From Lentisphaeria bacterium (GTDB lineage Bacteria; Verrucomicrobiota; Lentisphaeria; Victivallales; Victivallaceae): a DNA stretch of 64,000 nt. The position numbers and the translations under genes were made by a program. Of this stretch, positions 19,743-29,945 are shown piece after piece. The notes under the pieces were generated by a model. That model worked only from the letters and a program-made list of their open reading frames with translations. It did not search any database and had not been told where the DNA came from. The stretch covers positions 7,120-71,119 of the forward strand of contig JAFTIE010000113.1 of NCBI GenBank assembly GCA_017457065.1, in the 5' to 3' direction. Numbering within the stretch: the first letter of the stretch is position 1; each line of letters begins with the position of its first letter.

Positions 19743-20570
19743 CTACTTCAGCAGAGCTGTGAATTCAGGGAAAAGCCTTTCGGCGTTGCCGTGCATAAAC
19801 TCTTTTTCCGTTGCGCCCCAGTGCCAGGTCCTGCCCACTTCACGGTAGAACATGCGGGTAAAGGTGGCGAGTTCAAGGATCCGTTTCCAGTATTCCTCTT
19901 TCCCGTAGAAGCCGTCGCAGGCGAACATCATCCGTGAAGAGAAGGGCTCGCCAAAACTGGTGCGCCGGTCAAGATTGTGGATCAGCCAGTCATAATCGAT
20001 CAGTCCCGTCACGGTACAGCTGACATTTTTGTAGTAGAAGATGGATTCAAAAAGTTCGTTGATCCATGGCACCCCCTGATGCCCGTGGATCAGCTTCAGT
20101 TTGGGGAAGGCATCGGCGATGCCGTCCAGCATGTTGGGGTGCATGTTGCCGGGACCGGTCTTGACCGGCTTGAGAAGCTGTTCACGGGTACGGTGCGAAA
20201 TGATGCCGACGTGAAATAATATGGGCATTCCCAGAGCTTCGGCACGTTCATAAATGGGGAAATAACGCTCATCATCGTAGGGCAGGGGCGGGCGGATCGC
20301 CTTCAGTGCAACGAACCCCTGTTCCTTCATGCGGTCGATTTGCTCAGGTCCCTTGAAGTAGTCGATGAATCCGAAAGGCAGAAAAAGTCCGGGGTAGCGT
20401 TTGCCCACCTCAAGGACCTCATCGTCATGAGCAAAGTTGAACTCCGGCACATAAAGATTCAGAGGCAGGAGCCAGACCTGTTTGACCAGACCGGACTCTG
20501 CCACATCATCCAGATGCTTTGCGTCATAATTGTGCAGCAAATGTGCGTGTGTGTCAATGAAATACTCCAT
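19743..20570 (-). CDS. Metal-dependent TIM-barrel amidohydrolase-family protein
   Basis: 275 aa. It has the N-terminal FIDTHAHL motif and later HVGIISH and HGHQGVPW histidines. Its start codon abuts the stop of the upstream lytic transglycosylase gene. Confidence 0.6.
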   Translation of the reverse strand: MEYFIDTHAHLLHNYDAKHLDDVAESGLVKQVWLLPLNLYVPEFNFAHDDEVLEVGKRYPGLFLPFGFIDYFKGPEQIDRMKEQGFVALKAIRPPLPYDDERYFPIYERAEALGMPILFHVGIISHRTREQLLKPVKTGPGNMHPNMLDGIADAFPKLKLIHGHQGVPWINELFESIFYYKNVSCTVTGLIDYDWLIHNLDRRTSFGEPFSSRMMFACDGFYGKEEYWKRILELATFTRMFYREVGRTWHWGATEKEFMHGNAERLFPEFTALLK

Positions 20571-21302
20571 TTATTCCTCCTTTTGGGGTTCGTTCCTGTA
20601 ACGCTCAGCCAGAGCAAGAACACTGTTGACATAATTGACTACGATATCGGCATTGCAGTATCCGTACCGTGCAGATTTCCAGAATGATTTGAATTTCAGA
20701 AACTGTATGGATTCCTCCACATTTCCCTGCCATTTGTCAGGATCGAGTTTCAGTTTCCGTGCCAGCTGCCTTGCGTCGATCACATGCCCCAGCCCGCCGT
20801 TGTAGGCGGCAAGAGCGAATTTGATCCTTTCTCCGCCGGGAAGTTCCGGAAACTGATCCCGCAATCTGGCGAGATGGGCACAGCCTGTTTCTATGTTGGA
20901 CTCCGGATCAAAGGGATCGGTACAGCGGTACTCCCGGCAGACCGAAGGCATGAGCTGCATAAGACCTTTGCCGCCGTCAGGGGCGGTACAGAGGGGATCA
21001 AAACCGCTTTCCCGTGCGATGATCCCTGCAACAAGCTCCGGAGAAAGTTGGTATTTCTTACTTTTTTTCACGATCAGCGCCCGGAATCGCTCCGGAATGG
21101 CGGCGTGGCTGCTGCTGGATCTCTCAGCAGAAGGCGCGGATTCTCTGCGCAGAGGAGTGAGGGCGAAACGCAGTTCCAGATCATACTCCCGCCGGGGGGC
21201 AAAGGAGACGGGCTGAATGAAAATGTGCATCAGCACAGCGGCGGCACCGGCAAGAGCCAGTACCAGCAGGAGTATCCGTAAAATGGTCGGAGCTGTTCTC
21301 AC
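20571..21302 (-). CDS. Lytic transglycosylase (SLT domain), membrane-anchored
   Basis: The N-terminal TM is ILRILLLVLALAGAAAVL. The SLT catalytic region is VAGIIARESGFDP...GGKGLMQLMPSV and AAYNGG. It has a 4-nt overlap with the upstream gene. Confidence 0.8.
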   Translation of the reverse strand: MRTAPTILRILLLVLALAGAAAVLMHIFIQPVSFAPRREYDLELRFALTPLRRESAPSAERSSSSHAAIPERFRALIVKKSKKYQLSPELVAGIIARESGFDPLCTAPDGGKGLMQLMPSVCREYRCTDPFDPESNIETGCAHLARLRDQFPELPGGERIKFALAAYNGGLGHVIDARQLARKLKLDPDKWQGNVEESIQFLKFKSFWKSARYGYCNADIVVNYVNSVLALAERYRNEPQKEE

Positions 21303-24238
21303 ACCTTTTTCTCCGGATCCAGGGAAGCTGTTTCAGAAAGATAGAGTTTGTATGCGCCCCGGTAAAAATTCACCGCTTGTTGGGCGTGTTCGCCGAAAAT
21401 ACCTGACTCCAGCAGATGTATGATCTCTTTTTCCTTTGTCAACTGCTGCCGGATCGCCATAAAGAGTTTGCGTTCTTCAGAAGAGGCATTGCCCACGGCT
21501 TTCCGGATCACTCCCGGCGCTCTGGGCTGGCGCATCCAGATGTACATCAGATCGAGGGCATTGAGATAGATCCGGTTGATGAGGGGTGTTTCTTTGACTC
21601 CGGTTTGTTCAAAAAGGGTGTTGTCTGCAATGAGCTGATCCAATCCCGTATCGGGGGTCAGGAGCTCCAGTTCGGCGATGAGTTTGAAAAGATCCTGCTG
21701 TTTCCGCTTGAGATCCCCCAGTCTGCTGCGCAAGTACACCGCCCTGTCTGCCAGGGCTTCGACCACACCGCCCACGCAATCCGAAGAAAACTTTGAGATC
21801 ACTGCCGCCCACTGCTGCAGGAGCGCCTCAGCGCCGTTTAATCCGCAAAGGTGGAGCAATCCGCTCAGCAGAGCGTTGATGGTGAAAGCAATGGGGATCG
21901 CCAGCGGCACCCGGAGCCAGTTGCCCAATATCGCCTGCGCCGGGAGTGCCCGCAGCAAATTGTGAGTGGTGATGTAAAGTCCGTTGGCAAGTCCCATGGT
22001 GCTGTACAAAAGCATGGGATTGTTTTCAGTGGTAATGCCGAAGGTCTGGCGCATGATAAGATTTTTGACCACGAAATCCAGCAGGGGCACCGATAATCCG
22101 GTAAAGAAAAGAGAATCCGAGATCCGCTGCCATGAGATGAATTCGTTCCACTTGAGCAAAGGGGATGAGCGGAATGTCCCTGAAGCGATACGGAACTGAA
22201 TCACGTTGCGGGTCAGAGTGATCCCCAGCCAGATGGGGGCTCCGAACCACGCCAGCACCCACCAGGCACCGGAAAGAAAGAAGGTAAGAAAGGCTGCGGT
22301 AAATCCAATGCCGATCTTGAGAGCGATCTTCAAATTGCTGTTGAGGTAATGGAATTTTTCTTCAAGGCTCTGCCAGCGGCGCATCAGGGGATTTCTTTGC
22401 CTTCTTTTTCTGAAAAATCCCAGAGAGACCAGATTTCCGGTTTTTCCCAGAGTTTCCGCCGGGTCGGAACACTGGTACTCCTGCTGCTCACTGCGGAGCG
22501 CAAACCATCGGGTAGAGTGGTAACTGACCTGTTTGAAAACTGTGCTGCGGACCGGGAGAACAGTACAGTTCTGTCTCTTTGATATGGCGTTCCGCACAGG
22601 AGTGTCCAGAGTGTCGATGACCGCAAATCCCATGCCCGCTCCGGCACCGGGCTGTGCCGCTTTGCCTGCAGAGTCACTGCCGATGGCAACTCCCAGAGGG
22701 GCACGGGCGTAGAAGCCGGTGAATTCAGGCAGTTTCCTCAGGATCCGTCTGAGATCCGCCGCCACGATCTCACGGTCCGGTGCATCGGAGCTTTTTATTT
22801 CTTCAATGGCACGGAGCACGATGCTCTTGAGCTGTACCACGTTCCCGGAGTTCAGGGCGTGGCGCAGATCGTTCATGACGGGAGTTTCCGGATCCAGATT
22901 CCGCAGATGGTCTTTGAGGTTGAAGATTTCCAGAGCGCTGATATCGCCCCGGCACTCAAAAAGGATCACGATGACATCGGCAAGGGTGAGTCCGGTGAGA
23001 TTCAGAGTCAGCCGGCAGGCTCTTGACTGTTTGCGCAGCTCTGTTGCAAGTTCTCCGGGCGAAAGACGCATCAGATAGGGAAGTGTTGAAGTATCTTCAG
23101 GCAGTTCATCTCTGAACTGCTGGTCAAGATAATTTCCTCTGATGACCCCGGCGTTGAGAGAGAGAAGAGAACTCCCGATATGCCGCATCCTCTGTCTGGC
23201 ACCGCTGTCAGGTTCAGGGAGCTTTGAAAGAAATTCCAGTTCCTTTTCAAGCATCTGCCGCAGTTTGCTTTCGATAAACTCCGCCAGGTGAGAGGTGGAG
23301 GGGCGTTTCCCCGGCGCCAGAAAGGCGCTGAATTCCCCATCCTGAACAGGGGGGAGCGAGACCTTGTAAAAGGCGTTGAGTTTTCTGATCCCGACGGCGT
23401 TGAAACGGCGGAGCATACCGAAGATCAGCGAGGTGTGATAGAGCGCCGCCTCTTCACAGCGTGCTTTGAACTCTTTTTTCTGTTCCTTGAGGAAGTTGAG
23501 AAAATCATCCGCCCCGCTGAATCCTCTCGGGGTCCAGATCACCTCGGCGAAACTGCGGCGGCGGATCACCCGGAACTCAATGCCGATACGCAGATCGATC
23601 CCCATGATCTCTGCACTGCGCATCAGTTCAAAAGCCCCCTCAGGCGGCACCTGATTGTAAAAAATGACCTGCAGTTTGCGGATCCCTTTGATCCAGGCGT
23701 CCATAATCAGGTGCGAAGGGGATTTGCGCCCTTTGGTATTGGCATCGTGCACATGGTAGTCAAAGGTGACAGGCAAAGCCTTTTCGGGCATCTCCAGCAG
23801 CCGGAAGCGTTTGAGCTGACTGCGGATGAAACGGGGATTGCCCAGAAGTGCCATACGCAGATCGTGAGCGGCACGGAGTGCCTTTTCCGGCTGTTGCCGG
23901 ACACGGCAAAGCTCTTTGGCAAGTTCGGGAAGCACCCGTGCGGTGTTGTATTTCAAAGGCACGTTGAGACCTTCGCAGAGCTCATCTCTGAGCATGGCAA
24001 TGGCCTCAAGACGTTTGTTCATGGCTTCTTCGCCGGGGGTGAAGCTTTCAAGCAGGGTCATAACGCTCCGGACAATACGGAAAGAGCGGGGCTCGATCAA
24101 CTCCAGGATACCTCTGGGGTGAAGCTCCGAAACATACTCTCCGATCTGCCGGTTGCCGGGCGCGCTGTCAACGCTTTGGAGCATTTCCACCAGCGCCCGG
24201 TCACCCGGGTCGAAGAACAATTTTTCCCACTTTATCAC
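21299..24238 (-). CDS. Large uncharacterised protein: ~620-aa soluble N-terminal part, ~6 predicted TM helices, ~190-aa C-terminal part
   Basis: 979-aa ORF translationally coupled on both sides (4-nt overlaps with ybeY and the SLT gene). Hydrophobic helices include IGIGFTAAFLTFFLSGAWWVLAWFGAPIWLGITL, LFFTGLSVPLLDFVV, MLLYSTMGLANGLYI and LRVPLAIPIAFTINALLSGLL. I recognised no family. Confidence 0.7.
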   Translation of the reverse strand: MIKWEKLFFDPGDRALVEMLQSVDSAPGNRQIGEYVSELHPRGILELIEPRSFRIVRSVMTLLESFTPGEEAMNKRLEAIAMLRDELCEGLNVPLKYNTARVLPELAKELCRVRQQPEKALRAAHDLRMALLGNPRFIRSQLKRFRLLEMPEKALPVTFDYHVHDANTKGRKSPSHLIMDAWIKGIRKLQVIFYNQVPPEGAFELMRSAEIMGIDLRIGIEFRVIRRRSFAEVIWTPRGFSGADDFLNFLKEQKKEFKARCEEAALYHTSLIFGMLRRFNAVGIRKLNAFYKVSLPPVQDGEFSAFLAPGKRPSTSHLAEFIESKLRQMLEKELEFLSKLPEPDSGARQRMRHIGSSLLSLNAGVIRGNYLDQQFRDELPEDTSTLPYLMRLSPGELATELRKQSRACRLTLNLTGLTLADVIVILFECRGDISALEIFNLKDHLRNLDPETPVMNDLRHALNSGNVVQLKSIVLRAIEEIKSSDAPDREIVAADLRRILRKLPEFTGFYARAPLGVAIGSDSAGKAAQPGAGAGMGFAVIDTLDTPVRNAISKRQNCTVLPVRSTVFKQVSYHSTRWFALRSEQQEYQCSDPAETLGKTGNLVSLGFFRKRRQRNPLMRRWQSLEEKFHYLNSNLKIALKIGIGFTAAFLTFFLSGAWWVLAWFGAPIWLGITLTRNVIQFRIASGTFRSSPLLKWNEFISWQRISDSLFFTGLSVPLLDFVVKNLIMRQTFGITTENNPMLLYSTMGLANGLYITTHNLLRALPAQAILGNWLRVPLAIPIAFTINALLSGLLHLCGLNGAEALLQQWAAVISKFSSDCVGGVVEALADRAVYLRSRLGDLKRKQQDLFKLIAELELLTPDTGLDQLIADNTLFEQTGVKETPLINRIYLNALDLMYIWMRQPRAPGVIRKAVGNASSEERKLFMAIRQQLTKEKEIIHLLESGIFGEHAQQAVNFYRGAYKLYLSETASLDPEKKV

Positions 24239-24726
24239 GATGTGCGTTTTTCCGGAAACAGCGCCGCAAGATCAAATTCGCATTTCAGCTGATCCATGAC
24301 CCGTTTTTCTGCGGCGCGCATGGAAATGCGGGTCTCTTCTTCAAGGTCGTCCTCGCCTGCGGCGTGGAGCATCCCGTGGACGATGTAAAGCGCCGTCTCA
24401 AAGGCGTAAGAGGAGTCCTCTCTCCCGGCGCCTTCCCGTGCGGCAGCATCAGGATTGACAATGAGTATCAGCTCAGGATCACCCGGGAAAAGCCCTTCGG
24501 GATCATCGAACCATGACAGCGTGATCACATCGGTGGTCCCTTCATGCCCCACGATATCGGCGTTGTATTCCGCCATGGAGCGGTCATTGGTGAAAAGGAG
24601 TTCCAGCTCCCAGTCACCTTCCGGGAGTCCCGCCAGTTCCGCTGCCCGGCGGCAGAATTTGTCAAGCTCCCGGCGTTTTGGGCAGGGATGTTTGCGGTTG
24701 TTCCATTTGCTGTGCAGCTGCTTCAT
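24235..24726 (-). CDS. ybeY: rRNA maturation endoribonuclease YbeY
   Basis: 163 aa. It has TDVITLSW and the metal-binding IVHGMLHAAGEDD (HGxLHxxGxD). It sits in the conserved phoH-(HD protein)-ybeY context. Confidence 0.85.
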   Translation of the reverse strand: MKQLHSKWNNRKHPCPKRRELDKFCRRAAELAGLPEGDWELELLFTNDRSMAEYNADIVGHEGTTDVITLSWFDDPEGLFPGDPELILIVNPDAAAREGAGREDSSYAFETALYIVHGMLHAAGEDDLEEETRISMRAAEKRVMDQLKCEFDLAALFPEKRTS

Positions 24727-26992
24727 TGATACTCTCCGCGGTATAGGCGATACGCCCGTGATGAATACTGATCAAAGTTGCGATAAAGCTTTCTCTGACC
24801 TTGTCAAGTTCTTTCAGTGTCAGGATCGAATGACACATCTGGCGCTCTTTGAAACGCCCCTGAAAAATTTCCCCCACCTTCCTGCGGATCGTGTCAGGAT
24901 CCTGATGCTCCAGAGAGCGCACCGCCGCTTCACAGGCATCTGCAAGGCTGAGGATCGTCAGCTCCTTCTGCCGGGGAGGACGCCCTCCGTAGCGGAAGAG
25001 GTTTTCATCTATGACCGCATCGGGGGCCTCTGCCTTGGCTTTGGCGTAGAAAAAGTAAACGAGTGTATCCCCGTGGTGGCTCCTGATCGCATCCCTGACC
25101 AGACGGCTCAGGCGGTGTGTCCGTGCCAGCCGCAGTCCTTCTATGACGTGACCCAGTATGATCTGGGCGCTCCGTGCAGGACTCAGTTTGCGGTGGAGCT
25201 CATCACTGCGGCTGTTGTTCTCAATAAAATAACGTGCCTTTTCCAGTTTGCCGATGTCATGGAACAGCGCCGCCGCCTTGGCTTTAAGGGGATTGGCTCC
25301 GATGGCATTTGCGGCATCTTCGGCAAGGGTCGCCACGGTCATGGAGTGGAAAAGAGTTCCGGGAGCTTCACGTTTCATCCGTTCCAGCAGAGGGTGGTTG
25401 TAGTCGCAGAGCACCATGAGAGACATATCAGTGGAAATGTTGAAAACCAGCTCAAAGAGGAAGATCATCACCAGAGCCAGGACCGCTGAAGCAAAGGCGT
25501 TTATCCCGGTGACAACGGCAACTTCTGCCAGTTCACGCAAAGAACGGTGTGTCTGAAAGATCAAATCACAATTCAGCACCAGTATGACCATGACGGTCCC
25601 GGCAAAACTGCGGACAAAAAAGGTCCGGTAGTTGGTCACTTTGCGGACCATGAGCCCTGTGATGGCAGCCAGCGTGAGAAAACGCACAGCCAGTATGAAG
25701 GGCTGTGCAGGCGACAGCAGCAGTACCGTCACTGAGACGGTAAGAAAACAAGCGCACATGGCGGCACGGTAACTGACCAGCACCGTCAGCATGATGGCAC
25801 AGAGCGAAACCGGCAGGAAGAGCTGAAGCGAAAGCTGCGTCACGGGATTGCTCAGATGCCCGGCAATGACTGAATTGAAGAACTTCAAAGCAATGTAGTT
25901 TGCAACAAGTGAGATACAGACGATACTGCCTGTGAGCATGATGTTCCGGTTTTCTCTGACCAGTTCGGGGTAGGTGTGATAGAGAAAGAATATGGTCACG
26001 CCGATGAGCAGAAGACTCAGAAGCGCCCTGAAATAGACCTCCCTGGGGGGGGCAGGAGGGATGGAACGCTCGGCAGCTTTGGCAAGCTCCATCAGCTCAG
26101 GTGTGACCACCTGCCCGCTTTGGATCAGTACTTCGCCGCAGCGGATCTGCCGGGGAACAGGACGGTAATTTTTCAAAGCCTGCTCCCGGGCTTCGCTGCG
26201 GTATTCAGGCGCAGGAAGCAGATTGCCGTCACGCAGAAGGGCGATGAGCAGCTGCCGGAACTCCGGGAGAACCGCCGAATGAGAGGGGAATATCACCTCA
26301 GCCAGCTCTTGAGCCGCCCGGGGAGGATCAGGCATATCACCGATCCGCACGGGGGCATTGATCCTGCCGTAGCTGTCGATGGTGCGGATCTGAGTCGAGA
26401 CTTTGCCCACCTCACGCTGTTTGACGGGCAGAAGCCCTTCCCGCAGAAGACGCTGCCATTTATTCTGGAAGTTGTTGTAGGTGCTCTTCTGACGGAACGC
26501 CATATCCAGTTCAGCCAGAAGCGCCCGGGATATCCCCGCCGTCAGTCTGGAAACAAGAGATCCTTTGATCACATCGTAATGTCTTTTTGCCGCCAGAGCC
26601 GCTGAACGGATGCGGATACACTCCGGGAGCTGTACCAGATCACTTTGTATCAGTATGGTTTCCTGAGGAGAGACACGGTAAAAGAAGGGGACTCTTTCCA
26701 GGATCTGTTTCTTTCTTTCCTCATTTTCCCTTTCGTTGGCATACTCAAAATCGGCGGGAGCGGTGAAATCCCGCAGAGCCGTTGAGCCCTGGGTAATGTT
26801 CTTCGCCGAATGGGCATTGCTTGCAGAAAGAGCCAGCAGAACGGAACTTGTGACCCAGACCAGCACAATGGTCAGGATCCAGGGGGCAGGAGAGATGTTG
26901 AGCCGTTCCTCCATGGGGGTGCCCCTGAGCAAATAACGGTCAGAGATCTTTCCGGAACGGAAGGAAAAAAGCAAACTCAGTATCTTTTTCAT
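24662..26992 (-). CDS. 7TM-receptor/HD-domain membrane phosphohydrolase (PgpH/YqfF family)
   Basis: 776 aa. It has an N-terminal extracytoplasmic region, a multi-TM block, then an HD domain (HSMTVATLAEDAA...LFHDIGKLE...HHG). Its 3' end overlaps ybeY by 65 nt. Confidence 0.8.
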   Translation of the reverse strand: MKKILSLLFSFRSGKISDRYLLRGTPMEERLNISPAPWILTIVLVWVTSSVLLALSASNAHSAKNITQGSTALRDFTAPADFEYANERENEERKKQILERVPFFYRVSPQETILIQSDLVQLPECIRIRSAALAAKRHYDVIKGSLVSRLTAGISRALLAELDMAFRQKSTYNNFQNKWQRLLREGLLPVKQREVGKVSTQIRTIDSYGRINAPVRIGDMPDPPRAAQELAEVIFPSHSAVLPEFRQLLIALLRDGNLLPAPEYRSEAREQALKNYRPVPRQIRCGEVLIQSGQVVTPELMELAKAAERSIPPAPPREVYFRALLSLLLIGVTIFFLYHTYPELVRENRNIMLTGSIVCISLVANYIALKFFNSVIAGHLSNPVTQLSLQLFLPVSLCAIMLTVLVSYRAAMCACFLTVSVTVLLLSPAQPFILAVRFLTLAAITGLMVRKVTNYRTFFVRSFAGTVMVILVLNCDLIFQTHRSLRELAEVAVVTGINAFASAVLALVMIFLFELVFNISTDMSLMVLCDYNHPLLERMKREAPGTLFHSMTVATLAEDAANAIGANPLKAKAAALFHDIGKLEKARYFIENNSRSDELHRKLSPARSAQIILGHVIEGLRLARTHRLSRLVRDAIRSHHGDTLVYFFYAKAKAEAPDAVIDENLFRYGGRPPRQKELTILSLADACEAAVRSLEHQDPDTIRRKVGEIFQGRFKERQMCHSILTLKELDKVRESFIATLISIHHGRIAYTAESINEAAAQQMEQPQTSLPKTPGA

Positions 26993-28017
26993 GGTTTTTC
27001 CGTAAATCCTCCTCCGGAGGTATAATGGGTGATAATGGTTTCCAGCAGACGGTGCCGGACCACATCACAGGGTTCAAAAAGAGCAAAGCCGATCCCCTGT
27101 ATGCCCTGAAGAGTTTCCAGAGCATGTTTGAGTCCTGAACGCTCATTTTCACGCAAATCCGACTGCTGGGGGTCCCCGGTGATAACGCAGCGTGAACCGA
27201 ACCCCATACGGGTCAGGAACATAAGCATTTGATCCACAGTGGTGTTCTGCGCCTCGTCAAGAATGATGAAAGCGTTGTTCAAAGTCCGTCCGCGCATGAA
27301 TGCAAGAGGGGCAACTTCAATGATCCCCTTCTGTATCAGATTCTGAGCTTCGTCATAGTTGAGCATATCATAGAGGGCATCGTAAAGGGGTCTGAGATAG
27401 GGACTGACCTTTTCTTCCATGGAGCCCGGCAGAAAGCCCAGCTTTTCTCCTGATTCCCGGGCGGGGCGGGTCAGTACGATCCGGGAAACATCCCCTTTGA
27501 GAAATGATGCCACTGCCATTGCCATGGCAAGATAGGTTTTGCCGGTTCCGGCAGGACCGACACCGAAGACCACTTCGCAGCTCCGCATCAGCTCCACATA
27601 GCTTTGCTGCCGTGCTGAACGGGGCATGACACAGGGCTTCTTAGGGCTGACTTCAAGACGGTTTTTCCACAGCTTCACCGGATCGCTGGGGACATTGTTC
27701 CGGTAGGAACCGCAGAGAAAATCAAAATCCCGCTGGGTGATGGGGGACTTCCGCAACTTGTAAAGGGCGCTCAGGTCGGCAAAAAAACCGTTGACTCTGC
27801 CGGCTTCCTCATCAGAACCTGTGACGGTAATGACATTTTCACGGGCAGCAAGAGCTACGCCGAAGAGCTTGGAAAGGGTACGCAGATTGCGTATCTCATC
27901 CCCGGCGCAAAGTTCGCTGACACTCAGATTGCCTTCCAGAAATATACGGCGGCATCCGCTCTTTTCTGCTGAGCAGATACCGCCTGATTCCGGAGTTTCA
28001 GAGAGAAACTCCCTCAT
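26989..28017 (-). CDS. phoH: PhoH-family ATPase (YbeZ-like)
   Basis: It has Walker A GPAGTGKTYLAMAMA, FIILDEAQNTT and ITGDPQQSDL. It has 4-nt overlaps with both neighbours. Confidence 0.9.
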   Translation of the reverse strand: MREFLSETPESGGICSAEKSGCRRIFLEGNLSVSELCAGDEIRNLRTLSKLFGVALAARENVITVTGSDEEAGRVNGFFADLSALYKLRKSPITQRDFDFLCGSYRNNVPSDPVKLWKNRLEVSPKKPCVMPRSARQQSYVELMRSCEVVFGVGPAGTGKTYLAMAMAVASFLKGDVSRIVLTRPARESGEKLGFLPGSMEEKVSPYLRPLYDALYDMLNYDEAQNLIQKGIIEVAPLAFMRGRTLNNAFIILDEAQNTTVDQMLMFLTRMGFGSRCVITGDPQQSDLRENERSGLKHALETLQGIQGIGFALFEPCDVVRHRLLETIITHYTSGGGFTEKP

Positions 28018-28610
28018 AATTCAGGAATGACCAGACGCATTCCGACACTCAGAGTGTTCCGGTCCTTGAGGACTTTTGAGTTGGCTCTGAAAATCACATC
28101 TTCCAGACTGGCTTTGCCGTAGAACTTTTTGGCGATACCGCCCAGAGTGTCTCCCGATTGGACAACGTAAAATTTGCTCTCTGCCTCAGGGGTTTTCCCT
28201 TCCGCAGTGTCGATTTTTTTCTTACCGGCATCATCGGTCTTGTTGACTTCAGGCTCAGGAGTGACGGCTGCTTCTTTCTTTTCCCCGTCAGCAGCTTTTG
28301 TCTCTTTGGCGGGGGCGGCATCTTCCACGTTGACGACTTTACCGCCGTCGGCGGCACTGTCCACAGCTCTTTCGGGGTCATCGGCAGGGACGCCTGCGCT
28401 GTTCTGGCGGTTATTGTTCCAGTTGGGGGCGTAGGCTGCGGGTGCAGGATGACGGGGAGGGGTGAACGAAGAATAATTGCTCTTCAGCTGTCTGTACCAC
28501 AATTCCTCCTGAGTACCGCTCGGAATCTGCGCCAAATGGGGGTCACATCCGGCGAGCAGGACAACAAGCACCGCTCCGCCGCATACACTTGTCAAAACTT
28601 TTTTCATCAC
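28014..28610 (-). CDS. LysM-domain lipoprotein
   Basis: The lipobox is VLLAGC. An acidic/lysine-rich linker follows. The C-terminal LysM is YVVQSGDTLGGIAKKFYGKASLEDVIFRANSKVLKDRNTLSVGMRLVIP. Confidence 0.8.
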   Translation of the reverse strand: MMKKVLTSVCGGAVLVVLLAGCDPHLAQIPSGTQEELWYRQLKSNYSSFTPPRHPAPAAYAPNWNNNRQNSAGVPADDPERAVDSAADGGKVVNVEDAAPAKETKAADGEKKEAAVTPEPEVNKTDDAGKKKIDTAEGKTPEAESKFYVVQSGDTLGGIAKKFYGKASLEDVIFRANSKVLKDRNTLSVGMRLVIPEL

Positions 28611-28646
28611 ACCTTCTCCCTAAACTGTATTGTTAAACTTGTAGAA

Positions 28647-29903
28647 TCAACCTTCAAATTTGCTGAAAAGCAATGCTCCGTTGTGACCGCCGAATCCCAG
28701 ATTGCTGTTGAGAGCCACCTTGATCTCCATTTCCCGCGCTGTGTTGGGGGTGATGTCAAGATCACAATCAGGATCGGGAGTCTCGTAGTTGATGGTGGGG
28801 GGCACCACACCATTGATGATGGACTGGACACAGACGATGGATTCAAATCCGCCTGCGGCGCCCAGACCGTGACCGGTCACGCCCTTGGTGCTGCTGACAG
28901 CCACACTCTTTGCGGCATCGCCCAGAGCACCTTTGATCGCCAGAGTCTCAAACTTGTCGTTGAGCTCAGTACTGGTTCCGTGAGCGTTGATGTAATCGAT
29001 TTTATCAGGGGTGATACCGGCGTGTTTCATAGCCATTTTCATTGCCCGTGCGCCGCCGTTGCCGTCGGGAGCGGGACTGGTGATATGATAGCCGTCGCCG
29101 GAAAGTCCGTAGCCGATGACCTCTGCGAGGATCGTGGCTCCGCGCTTTTTGGCGTGTTCCAGCTCTTCGAGGATCAGAACACCGGAGCCTTCAGACATGA
29201 CAAAGCCGTCACGGTCCTTATCAAAAGGACGGCTGGCATGAAGAGGATCATCGTTGCGGGTACTCATGGCTTTTTCAGCACAGAATCCGGCAATGCCCAG
29301 CTTGCTGATGGAGGCTTCTGCTCCGCCGCAGATCATCACGTCGGCATCATCACGGGCGACCATCCAGTAGGATTCGCCGATGGAGTGGCAGCCTGTGGCA
29401 CAGGCAGTCACGATAGCCATATTGGGACCCCGGGCACCATAACGGATGGAAATGTTGCCGGAGGAAATGTCTGAGATCATCATGGGGATCATGAGGGGGG
29501 AGATCCGCCCCGGTCCCTTTTCAAAGAGTGTACGGGCCTGTTCGGTAATGGTCTCAAGACCGCCGATACCGCTGGAAACAAGAACACCGACCCGGTCAGG
29601 GTCCACATTGCCCCACTCGCCATTGACAGGAAGTCCTGCCTGTTTCATTGCTTCATCTGCCGCGGCAATGGCATAGTGGCAGAAAAGATCCATGCGTTTG
29701 GATTCTTTGAAGCTGAGGTAATCGCAAACATTGAAGTCCTTGACCTCACCAGCAATACGGGTACGGTAATCGCTGACATCAAAACGGGTCACAGGACCAA
29801 GACCGCAACGGCCATTCACCACGGCATCCCAAAAAGTTTTCACATTATTGCCGACACACGAAATAACACCGCAGCCGGTCACTACAACACGTCTTTTATT
29901 CAT
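28647..29903 (-). CDS. fabF: 3-oxoacyl-ACP synthase II
   Basis: 418 aa. It has RRVVVTG, the active-site ATACATG region (ACATGCHS), HGTSTELND and GFGGHN. Confidence 0.95.
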   Translation of the reverse strand: MNKRRVVVTGCGVISCVGNNVKTFWDAVVNGRCGLGPVTRFDVSDYRTRIAGEVKDFNVCDYLSFKESKRMDLFCHYAIAAADEAMKQAGLPVNGEWGNVDPDRVGVLVSSGIGGLETITEQARTLFEKGPGRISPLMIPMMISDISSGNISIRYGARGPNMAIVTACATGCHSIGESYWMVARDDADVMICGGAEASISKLGIAGFCAEKAMSTRNDDPLHASRPFDKDRDGFVMSEGSGVLILEELEHAKKRGATILAEVIGYGLSGDGYHITSPAPDGNGGARAMKMAMKHAGITPDKIDYINAHGTSTELNDKFETLAIKGALGDAAKSVAVSSTKGVTGHGLGAAGGFESIVCVQSIINGVVPPTINYETPDPDCDLDITPNTAREMEIKVALNSNLGFGGHNGALLFSKFEG

Positions 29904-29945
29904 TCAAGAAACCCCAATGAGCATATCTGCTGATAAAAAATGAAA

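Noticed and set aside
23650-23760. Possible phospholipase-D-like HKD motif in the 979-aa protein (HVHDANTKGRKSPSHLIMD).
   Set aside because: The spacing does not fit HxK(x)4D and there is no second copy. I regard it as a chance resemblance.
24662-24726. Unusually long gene overlaps: pgpH-like/ybeY (65 nt) and ribF/acpS (59 nt, 32608-32666).
   Set aside because: In both cases the downstream gene start is at the canonical position for its family (YbeY N-terminal length; AcpS MIKGLGIDIVE). The upstream proteins simply have non-conserved C-terminal tails. I found no evidence of frameshift or mis-assembly.
28158-29474. A 438-aa ORF on the plus strand across the LysM lipoprotein and fabF genes.
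   Set aside because: It is a shadow ORF opposite fabF, whose identity is certain. The translation is Gly/Val/Ala-rich without domain features and spans an intergenic gap of the real genes.
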